From contig NW_025765539.1 of the NCBI RefSeq assembly GCF_003918875.1, positions 1 through 64,000 on the forward strand: a stretch of DNA of 64,000 nucleotides. Reading direction: 5' to 3'. The translations under genes and the position numbers were made by a program. The number at the start of each line of letters is the position of its first letter. Position 1 is the stretch's first letter. Below the pieces are notes generated by a model. The model did not search any database. It had not been told where the DNA came from and saw nothing but the letters and a program-made list of their open reading frames with translations. This document shows, piece by piece, positions 55,301-64,000 of this stretch. This DNA is from Haliotis rubra (taxonomy: Eukaryota).

Positions 55301-55492
55301 CCCGATCCCGTAAGTTGCCTCTTACGACAAGCATGGGTTACTGAAGATCAATATTCTTACCCGGACCTTCACGGGTATACCTCTAAGAGATCATGTAACC
55401 ACAACATAACGTTTGACTTCCGTCGTGAGACAGGATATTGACTGTTCCGTTTTAGCACTGCATACTTTTCACTCATTGTTTCAGATATCTAG
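49318..55492 (+). CDS. Spliced gene for a secreted protein of about 360 aa (signal peptide, Cys-rich PAN-like module, EGF, fibrinogen-N-like motif, uncharacterised domain). Exons 49318-49609, 50611-50707, 51109-51792, 55485-55492
   Basis: All three introns are GT-AG with matching phases (0, 1, 1). Exon 1: MYSCSIFSLLLIFSDMTSISA-FVIQQSPKCRIDY...CSRVTCGSQCGAPC...; it needs one base removed, probably in the C-run at about 49490-49495. Exon 2: VTSCTNEGTAAADGTCVCPVGFMGHLCQ (EGF). Exon 3: TCYDIYQRDSSSADGEYTL...VYCRF...FLGF...GYSAN...NCDSKSHSYFTFF...EIHFGGCGG...GVKY. Exon 4: DI-stop, then AATAAA at about 55659. The start codon and last exon are the least certain parts. Confidence 0.75.
50060..50290 (+). 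mobile_element. L1/Tx1-type LINE ORF2 3' fragment (intronic)
   Basis: ILFG...FILLGKYYLYKCK....PN...F...L..RYSIEK is the typical Tx1/L1 ORF2 C-terminus. Confidence 0.7.
50903..51051 (+). mobile_element. Decayed tRNA-derived SINE (same family as 39206-39366)
   Basis: gggtagccaagtggttaaagtgttcgctcgtc...gatttcccacatgggtacaatgtgtg...aatattgctaaa. Confidence 0.8.
52670..52792 (+). mobile_element. Decayed non-tRNA SINE fragment
   Basis: tcgtaagaggtgactaa...ggtggtcagactcactgacttggttgaca...ggattgtctggtccaga. Confidence 0.75.
53081..53225 (-). mobile_element. 5'-truncated non-tRNA SINE with TSD
   Basis: Near-identical to the 3' part of 55131-55375 and flanked by tgaatttcag on both sides. Confidence 0.85.
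53643..53738. repeat. Perfect 48-bp tandem duplication (unrelated to the large array)
   Basis: ctgacaaccatgagaccattcgaaaaggtatgaaacgttgtttgtcac x2. Confidence 0.95.
54307..54525 (-). mobile_element. Older, decayed non-tRNA SINE copy
   Basis: gcggcggtctatatataatcgagtctgggccagacaa...gtcagcgagcctgac...attctaacccgg. Confidence 0.8.
54661..55015. mobile_element. Tc1/mariner (pogo-like) MITE, one end only
   Basis: TA followed by cagtcaactctcgttaatccgacac, with repeated tgtcggattaa motifs. No matching right TIR seen. Confidence 0.6.
55131..55375 (-). mobile_element. Full-length non-tRNA SINE with predicted pseudoknot head
   Basis: Perfect 14-bp TSD tatacctctaagag (55117-55130, 55376-55389). 5' end cccgtgaaggtccgggtaagaatattgatcttcag, 3' tail ggcgtaaaactaa(actc)n. 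Confidence 0.92.
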
Positions 55493-56663
55493 TACCACGG
55501 TAGAGCAGTGCAAAGAAACGGACACCAGTACCGAACACAGAGCGCATTGACAGCTATAGATGTTATTGATTTAGACAACAATATCACAAGTATCGCTTAT
55601 TGGAACAGAAACATCGATAGAGGCGTTGTACTGCTTCAAACAATCATTCCAATGATGAAATAAATCAATTAGCGATTAAACCCATCTTATTGTCTGTTCC
55701 CTCAGGGCGGAGAGGTTTTTTTGGTTAGTTTGAGTTTCACTCGAGGGTAGCGCCATTGTGGTTTGTCTAAAACTTGGATTATGTAAAAAATATTAACACT
55801 TTTTAATCCATTGTTCATTACATTTTGTGACTTATACATGTTTCTTAATGGAACCTAGGACATGTTTCTTAAGTTAGTCTTATTATAAATCTAAATGTTT
55901 AGGGGGGAATATACCAACTTTCGCTAAATTCACCGTGTATATTGTGCATAAATGAGGTATTTGGCACTTACTCATTATCTCCCATTAGCTAGCCTACAGC
56001 CCAGTACTGTTATCGTACTGCCCTTGTAGTGCTCTACGTCGTGTCTTATTCAAGCCAATGAATTTGTGAGTCGGTGATAGTCTCCTTTTCCCAAATAGCT
56101 TTATCGCCCACTGTGTTTTGCACTACATCGTATGTTATTAGGACAGCAAGCGAAGTAAAGTCAAGCCTTCAACTTGCACCGTATATTTTGACATTCCAGC
56201 TGCTGATTTTGACCGTGAAAACCTCGCCGCGTTACTAAATTAGAGAAGAAACATGTTGAAATGGAAACGAAACGAAACAAATGATATTAATTTATTTTCT
56301 GCAAACTTGATTTATACATTTTTTCAGATCTGTTACAGTATTTCCGATTATTCATGGTGCAAAATCATGTTACATATGTCGAACCCAGTAATTAATTGCC
56401 AGTTAATTTGGAAAGTACTTCGTATTTTGAAACTGATACGATCACTACGTCGATTTTTAGTTGGTTGTAGTCATGCCAGCTGGAAGCTGGAAGAGTCTAT
56501 ATCAATACGTTGCTATGTATATAATGAACCAGAGGTGGTTCTCCATAAAACTTAACCTCTCTATGCTTTAAAATGGTGTATATCAACATTCAGTTGCGGC
56601 TTCATGATGCAATATATTTCTTCAGGTTTTTCTTTTGTAAGTTACATTATGAAACTATTTTGA

Positions 56664-56755
56664 GTGAGTGAGTGAGTGTAGTTTTACGCCACACTCAGCA
56701 CTATTCCAGCATGGGTTAATGAAGGCCAATATTCTAACCCGGACCTTCACGGGTC
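56664..56755 (-). mobile_element. 92-bp internally deleted mini-copy of the non-tRNA SINE
   Basis: 12-bp TSD aaactattttga (56652-56663, 56756-56767). Only the 5' head and 3' tail are retained. Confidence 0.9.
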
Positions 56756-57058
56756 AAACTATTTTGAACATATTCTCCTGACCATATGCTTGCTTTCCAT
56801 CAACACGTCCAAAAGGAAAGACATTTCCACTTATTAAAATATCCATCACTATTGGTAACTACATGTAATTGTATAACAGCGGTCATTCTTATCACTCTGT
56901 AATAGTCATAACCACTTGATACCATGGATTTGTATTTTTCTTTTCATGTTTGATATATTTGTGTAACATACTCATTTTATTATTATCAAGAAGAAAATAG
57001 TATTTTCTTATAATACATTCTATACGGCAAACGTCTGTAAAAGACTACAAAACATTGA

Positions 57059-57076
57059 ACACACACACACACACGA

Positions 57077-57118
<42 letters not shown>
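57059..57118. repeat. (CA)n(TA)n compound microsatellite
   Basis: Directly visible. Confidence 0.97.
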
Positions 57119-57119
<1 letters not shown>

Positions 57120-57452
57120 AAGAAAGTGATGAGAATACCGAGCGTACAGTAGTACATATATAAGAAAAAGTTTCTGAAATAATCACACGACACGGATCTT
57201 CTCCAACATGTTTCACTTTTATCTTCAGGGAGAAGTGATTACAGTTAAACGGATTATGTTATGACGTCAATTTGTCATGACGTCACAATGCAACTGTATA
57301 CAAATGTTGTGACGCGGCGTTGCCATGACGTCACATTGGCGGCTTTATATTGACAGTACTAGTAGCAGTAGTATAAGGGCCTTTATGGCGGCAAGATCTA
57401 TTTTTAGCTATGGGGCTTTACAGGGTCAAAATCTATTGTTAGACTTCACATA

Positions 57453-57603
57453 GTCTATTTTTAGATGATGAGTCACTGCTCTCTATTGTATATTGAGATC
57501 TATGATGTGAACACCTGGTGTGTCTATTTTTAGATGATGAGTCACTGTTCTCTATTGTATATTTAGATCTATGGTGTGAAAACCTGGTGTGTCTATTTTT
57601 AGA
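57453..57603. repeat. 69-bp tandem repeat, about 2.2 copies
   Basis: gtctatttttaga at 57453, 57522 and 57591. Confidence 0.92.
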
Positions 57604-58669
57604 ATAATATAAAGTCCACCAAACAGCCTCATTCACAGCTCAGTCACTACACCTAGTGATTACACATTGTGGATATACCAGTGTATTTCTTATGGGATTA
57701 CTAATCAACCTGACATTATACTGTGTGATTCACTGGGTTTATATTTTCAATAGCTCAGCCTCTCAACTACACATCTCTGGAGTAATTAAACATGGTGTAT
57801 ATTTCTCACTTGATTACATAACATCTTTGGATTAATGGAGTGACTACACATTATGCTACCAGTGTATTTCTCTTTTATCTCAAAGCGAGCGCCCGTTATC
57901 GCAGTATCAATTCCCGTCTGACTAACTATAACTATTAAAAATGTGAAATTCAAATGTATGCAACGTCCTACCTTCAGTCCTTACATTGTAACACAGAATA
58001 CATTGTAACACAGATTAAGATTTACATCATCATCAGATTGAACGAGTGTTGGGGATAAAGACTAGTGTACATGAAGTCAACTCACCTCTGTTCATCATAT
58101 CCATTGTTGAGGCAAACAGTGGTGGTAAATCTAGATGTTTAGAGGGTTGGAACAAGTAACCCATTCATGTGAAGAAACAGATTGATTCATACTGTACTCC
58201 AACAATGAATGACTCATTTGCCCACCCGTAAGTCCGACCTACAGCCATTCAAAGCTATGTTTACGGAAGGGAATCCCTCTCCCACCCAAGCATGAAGATT
58301 AAGAAAACAAGCGTATAATGGAGGAAAAATAAAATAACTTCAAAAACATGTTACCGAGTGTCCATGTTAATACTTTCTTTTAATTTGCGACAGCCTCCGA
58401 TCGAGGTGTGCCATGTTCATTCTACCATAACATTGCCTCTCCCTACGTTCAATGACCCGAGAAGCATGACGGCCTTCACGCCCATTGAAGAAACCAGGTC
58501 CTAGATCGCGTCCCCCGCCGCCATTTTGAAAAAAATGATAAATATATAGATTTAAACAAATAACAAAGTCCTAGCCATGCCCGCCGATGAAAAAAACTGA
58601 GTAAAATGTTGAAACTCATAGCGAAATCACTCACAGCATACTTCTCACCAAAATATCCCATGTAGATCC

Positions 58670-58912
58670 CATGAACTTACTTTAAAATCCCACATAATCA
58701 TATGAATAAACACAGCCGATACACACAGAGAATACAACCTATAGATAGTTGATTACACATGACTCACATATGCCATGAGCTTACTTTAAAACTCACACAC
58801 AATCACATGAATAAACACAGCCCGATACTCACACACAGGATACGACCGATAGAAAGTTGACATGACTCCCGTTTGCCACGAATCATTAAATCCCAACACA
58901 ATAAACACAGTC
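58670..58912. repeat. Imperfect ~105-bp tandem duplication
   Basis: catga(a/g)cttactttaaaa...atgaataaacacagcc...gata...agttga...catgactc occurs twice, plus a partial third copy. Confidence 0.8.
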
Positions 58913-59685
58913 CAATCATAATCAGAACCTTTCCCTAGATTCATCGTTTTTTTCTAAACTATAGCTTGCATAAAACCAATTTTAGTGCGTAGATGTACTC
59001 GCATTGTTAACATGTGTACTCACGATACTGTCGTCAACAACATTATTCACACAATACGTTCATACGCAAACATACTCACAAATTAGAATAGAGAATGATC
59101 CATCACATAAATTCCACACCTACTGTGCTGTTTTAAACCGTCATGAAACCGCCAGAATACCTAAACACGCACAGCACAACATACCGGCTGCACACGGCGG
59201 TGAACAAAGAGCATTCAAGCTTGGCGCCAACAGCCCCTGCCTAAAACCGGTCTGTCAAACTGGATCGCAAAAGGGTCTATCAAACCGGTTCGCAAACGGT
59301 TCTGACTCAAAATGGCTACATGTCCAAACCGGCTACATGTCCAAAACGGCTTTGTAGACCAAAAATGGCTTTACAACACTAGTGTAATAGCTTATGTATT
59401 TATAAACCGTTTATATATATGTATATTCATTACAGATCATTAAAATTGTTGTTGTATTCAATACAATGAACTGAAACAGTTGCTATCTTCAATACCATGA
59501 ACTGAAACAGTGGTTATCTTGTATTCAATCAACAGGAATGACGTTTAAACTGAAACTTGTATGTCTGATAATAGTATGAGGAGGTTAGGAATACGTGGAT
59601 TCAGTGAAATAGGGTTGAAATTGGTATTATAAAAACCAAGAATTGTACAACAGTTGTCTTATGTCAATCCTCCAGCAATACAATC

Positions 59686-59862
59686 AGTGAGTTTAGTACA
59701 CTGTTAGCAGCGTTATGGCGGTGGTCTGTACATAACTGCCCAGACAATCCAGTGTTCAACAGCATGAACGTCATTCTACACCATGTGCCATGTGTCAGCC
59801 AGCGAGCCTGACCACTCGATCCCGTTAGTCGCCTCTTATGACAAGCATGGGTTACTGAAGGG
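59686..59862 (-). mobile_element. Decayed non-tRNA SINE copy
   Basis: ccagacaatccagtg...agcgagcctgaccactcgatcccgttagtcgcctcttatgacaagcatgggttactgaag. Confidence 0.8.
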
Positions 59863-59991
59863 TAACCCAGAGGTACAATACATTAAGAAACAAGAGAGAT
59901 ATACAGATTTCATTGTTTATTAGTCTGTTTCGAATGAGTAGACATTAGGATAGGAGCTCTCCCAAATGCCTACTTTACATCTGTTGTCTTA

Positions 59992-61407
59992 TTACCCTTC
60001 ATCATCATCCACCTGTCCTTCACTCTCTTCATCAGATGTTATGTCTTCATCTTCAGTCATGCCTTCTGACCCAAGACTTATATTGGTACAATTTTGAAAG
60101 CACTTCATGATACATATTATTTGTGTCTTTTACTCGTTTCAGTATTCCTTGTGTCTTTGGACCATCCTGCATATGGTACAGATAAGTAATAAATCGGGCA
60201 TACGTCTCTTTAAACGTGCTCCAGATCAATTTGTTCAGTTTGACTTGAATCATGTCTTCGTTTAAACCTCTTTTATGTACAGCTGTCGCTTTCTCATCCA
60301 AAAGTCTTTATTCAGCTCACGCTGTACGTGAATACATTTGTCTTATACCTTGCTCTTCGAGATCAACCATCTTATTTTTCCTGTTGTGTGTGACATCGCT
60401 TAATGATTCAACATCATCGTCCTCATTTTCCATTTCAGGACATTGTTTATCGTGTAAATGTCTTTGTAAGTTATGGTTAGTGCTAAACACTTGACCACAA
60501 TAGTCACAATCCACCAGAGGACGTGGTCTCTTCACAGGTGAGAAGTTGTTGTCTTCCTCCCACTGCCTTTTCACTTGGGGTATCCCAGGAGGACCCACTG
60601 AAGACGTTTCGGGACACCAGTTTCTTCTGTGTTTTTGCAAATCTTGCACATCTTGAAACACGAGTCCACAGGCATCACAAGATGGCATGGTTGAGAGGTT
60701 TTCTTCACACGTCTGCTCACGCTGAACATCTAACTCGGACTGAATTGTCCTGGCTTGAGGTGTCCTTTAAACTGAATGCATTGGGACAAAGTCGCCTATG
60801 GGGAGGTGTTTGGGGTTTTAGATCAACCAACAAGTAGCCATAAGGCTTCTGGGTAGCCCTTTGAAACGGCTCCATGAAATGGTCTGTGTTACCTGGATAC
60901 ATTTGCCTCGCCAAAGTCATGATGGGTTGTTGATCGATAGGGTTGTTGAACAGAAGCAGATAATGACAGTTTCTTCGTTGTGTGGGATCCTTACTGAAAT
61001 ACAAATTCTGGTTCAAGGCTTATCACTGAGAGATTACGATGATGACTTCCTTCCGTAAAACAGATCTGTAATGCGTGGATCTTTGCTGGCAGTAGACATT
61101 AAGTCATCGAGGATAACCACGCTCACCACACTGGGGTCTAGAAATGCATCCTTTTCGAGATCAGAAGGAATGCCTTGATGAAATTCCACATAGGGATAAA
61201 CATGGGTTTGAATGGCATTATACAAGGGCTGCCATCGTTTGTAGAGCCATATAATATGTTCAGGATAAGGTTTAATGTTCATCCTTTCTAGAATCTGTTT
61301 CACTAAGTAGGTTTTCCCACAGGAGGTTGGTCCTGAGACAATCATGGTGAAGGGGTGAATCAGTCTACATTCTTCCAATGACTGGGTAATACTTTCTGAT
61401 GAATGTG

Positions 61408-61442
<35 letters not shown>

Positions 61443-61475
61443 GGTTGTGGAGGAGGAGGAGGAGAGGGGGGTGAC

Positions 61476-61510
<35 letters not shown>

Positions 61511-61603
61511 GATATCTTTTGGATGTTTCTGTCTTCTATGTCTCAACATATTGTCTGTCCTGGAAAAAGTCATATAGCACATGGGACACGTTGTTGACTG
61601 CAT
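59992..61603 (-). pseudogene. Frameshifted ORF of about 530 aa: C2H2 finger, polyQ/P tract, Polinton/Maverick-type (A32/FtsK-like) packaging ATPase, two more zinc fingers, helical region, acidic tail
   Basis: Walker A GPTSCGKT (in HPFTMIVSGPTSCGKT) and Walker B VVILDDLM. After removing two single-base insertions (about 61058 and 61019) it reads DLFTEGSHHRNLSVIALNQNLY...NCHYLLLFNNPIDQQ...LARQMYP...ATQKPYGYLLVDL, the canonical Polinton ATPase motifs. One further indel (about 60765) joins it to MPSCDACGLVFQDVQDLQKHRRNWC and CDYCGQVFSTNHNLQRH. Ends EDEDITSDEESEGQVDDDEG-stop, with AATAAA at about 59916-59921. Confidence 0.85.
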
Positions 61604-61649
61604 GGTGGTCCGAGTCTAAATGGCAGGGAACCATGTCTACTGACTGCTT

Positions 61650-61996
61650 TTATCTAAAAGTCGCCTTCCGTTTCTTCATGGGAAACTGGGAGGAACTTCC
61701 AGCTTTAGTTTCCCTTTCTTCTGCATCTGAATAAGAGCCTTGGCTTGTTCGACCACTTGTTGAGTAGGGTAACGAAATTAATCTTTAGGTTGTTCTGTGG
61801 TTTCTGGTTTTTGTTTGTCTTTTCTTCCACTCTGATCATACAGTTCCAAATATCGATCGACAGACAACATGGCAGATTTTCTCCTCCACGTGTTATAGAA
61901 TGATAAGGGTCTCCTTTCCCTTCAGCCCTGAGCATGTAATACCGCGGTCCATTTTTCGGCATCCGCACGTAAGAGTTTGTATCGTGGATTATTCAT
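61650..61996 (-). pseudogene. Small frameshifted ORF resembling a Polinton-associated small protein
   Basis: Reconstructed across indels: ..DAEKW.RYYML.AEGKG...YDQSGRKDKQKPETTEQPKINFVTPTQQVVEQAKALIQMQKKGK...KKRKATFR. I recall the W..y...AEGK and VTPTQQ.VEQAK motifs from invertebrate Polinton small ORFs. TATATAA lies upstream at about 62073-62079. Confidence 0.55.
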
Positions 61997-62254
61997 GATG
62001 AAAACGGCCTGAGGTGATGCGTCACTGTCACTGGTCCACGGCTAAATGAAGTTAGATAGCCCTTGTGGCCTGTTATATAGATATATTCATTGACCTTGGT
62101 ATAGCTTTCAACATCGCTGCCAGGATGGTTCGGATGCACTACTATGACAAACTAAACCGGTGTACCAGGTGTACTAAGCCCATGCTCTGTTATACTATAC
62201 ATAGACAACCAAGGCAGACATACTCTTAACATTGATTTATTTCCAATAGTCACA

Positions 62255-62632
62255 CATTTTACATCACACTCTTGGTTGCAAATCCACATGACTACCCCAA
62301 CGGGTCACCTCTTTCTGAGGTAATTCCCACCAGGGCCAAACACGGACAATCTGGAGACCATTTTTCATGTTCGCCCAGGGATCATCATCTACTTCCCAGT
62401 TCTTGAGAACGAGACCACATTGAAAACACTTGCAAGTGTCCCTCTGATTAAGTACACAAATCCTGCCTGAGCCATGTGACTAGGACTCTGTTTCATTTGC
62501 ACTGGCCAGTCTTTAAACGAATCGAAGTCTTTTCTGGAATGAAGTCCATTCAGTCTTGATTGCACAGCAACGGCAACGACAGTCTTGTCGAATGGGTAAT
62601 GTCCACACACATCCCTGATGCCACAGGGACAT
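62255..62632 (-). pseudogene. Intronless single-BIR (IAP-like) gene with frameshifts
   Basis: Joined across 3 single-base indels: KRLDSFKDWPVQMKQSPSHMAQAGFVYLxQRDTCKCFQCGLVLKNWEVDDDPWxEHEKWSPDCPCL, which fits the BIR consensus RLxSFxxWP...AxAGF...CxxC...W...P..EH....PxC. AATAAA follows at about 62236-62241. Confidence 0.88.
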
Positions 62633-64000
62633 ATATGTCCTTCCCTTCAACCCTCAATTTCAAGTCCAATAAAAATCAAAATATCCCACGCACACAAATA
62701 CACTTCACAGTTTCGAATTCTGCAGGAAATTTCCTTTTTCTTGATGCCATCCACTATTCTTTTAGACAAGGCTCAAGTGCTGAAAATGACCTTTCAAAAT
62801 TGGCTTCATCGAAAATGTCGCCATTTTTGACACAGTACGAAATCGCGATTCACAGCGTTATTTGCTGTATGTTTTGAAATGTGAAAATCGGATAATTACT
62901 GGGAGTATTGAATTTCAAAAATAACATATTCATGATCACTGATATCAGTTTTACATGAAATCGCTAATTATAATTCTGAAACGTTGCCGATGAATCTAGA
63001 ATCGGTTGGGATGTTTTCAAAAATGCACTTACACGAACACCGTAGAGCGCTTTCCGCCATATTGATAGTGTTTACAAAATCACGTTTCGCGAAAGCCGGT
63101 ATTGAGACGCCTATTACATCACGTATATTTCATATTCAGCTTCGAAAAATGCATCACTGAATTCCCCATACATTTTAGAATCAAATTGCAACTGGTCTGT
63201 GTCACCAATAACAACTGTCTAGATAAAATGAGACGAAACATATTGGGTGTGAAAACGAACGCTGTGCTTGAAAGACTGCGTTTCTCTGAAATGTAAACAA
63301 AGACAAATTCCGATTTTACACTGCGTAGCATTTTCTGAATTTTTCAACATTCATCCGTCTATTCATTGCTTGCAATGGCTCAATACTTTTTGAATATGCA
63401 TGGAAAGAGTATCGTAGCAAGAAATAGGAAATTATAAATAGATACAATGCAATGATTTGATAATTCATAAGAAATTGTCAAAGTTTCCGTGCAGCGTGAC
63501 GCCATGACTGACGCAAAATCACGCAGAACGACAACGGTAATTATCTGCATTTCTGGCCTTTTCTCTTACTTATAGTGAAAACGATAAAAACATATAACAA
63601 TACACAGATAGTCAGAATCATTCTGATTACTTACATCTCATATTTATGTACAAACGATCCCTGAATCAATGGAAGGGTCCTCGCAAAATCCTGTGTACCC
63701 TTGTCAGCAAAGCCGCCATTTTGTAAGAAATCGGTCAGCGGTAGTGATGTCATACGTCAACATTGTTGTACATATTAGGCAATTTCTTTGAGGTGAAGGT
63801 CGGTTGAAAAAGAGTAAACACAATCGCCCAATCCTTCCGATTACACTGTCAGTATTATGGTGTATATTTTGCGTATAGTTCAGATACTTTTTTCATGAAA
63901 CTGACTTCAGTATCTACATTTAGCCTTGTTCAATATCATATCATACGTGCATATAGGGTTTACGGTGTTTTATTCTTTGAAAGTTTTTGAGTGTTTGAAT

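Larger units (their letters stand above)
57250..62700 (-). mobile_element. Polinton/Maverick-like (virus-derived) cassette, boundaries uncertain
   Basis: Three tightly packed, co-oriented, intronless genes including a packaging ATPase, next to a repeat-rich non-coding flank. No TIR pair, pPolB, integrase or capsid gene is visible in the window. Confidence 0.6.

Noticed and set aside
12215-64000. Genuine ancient inverted duplication or giant TIR
   Set aside because: Only one arm is degraded, compression is uniform across all feature types, and even young SINE/MITE insertions are mirrored in garbled form.
62700-64000. Continuation of Polinton genes
   Set aside because: Only short ORFs without motifs. 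It looks like non-coding repeat DNA whose ends I cannot define.

Overview
Eukaryotic, repeat-rich animal DNA, most likely a marine gastropod (the SINE families look abalone/Haliotis-like to me; recall, not a search). The window has two halves. (1) About 1-33,985 is not independent sequence. It is a heavily degraded, roughly 30% shortened reverse-complement copy of the DNA to its right, folding back at about 33,990 inside a 48-bp tandem array. 12,215-33,985 mirrors 33,995-64,000, and 1-12,215 presumably mirrors DNA beyond the window. This is the signature of a long-read fold-back artefact, so ORFs there are not meaningful. (2) About 33,995-64,000 is readable genome. It holds a 3-kb 48-bp array, LINE and Penelope-like fragments, several SINE families, hAT-, IS3EU- and Tc1/mariner-type non-autonomous elements, and long-hairpin elements. 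It also holds a 4-exon gene for a secreted Cys-rich/EGF/fibrinogen-N-like protein with a C-terminal domain I cannot name. At about 57.2-62.7 kb lies a compact Polinton/Maverick-like cassette: a BIR gene, a small ORF, and a zinc-finger/polyQ/packaging-ATPase/zinc-finger fusion, all broken by single-base indels. The best biological leads are this cassette and a non-tRNA SINE family whose 5' head is a predicted pseudoknot.
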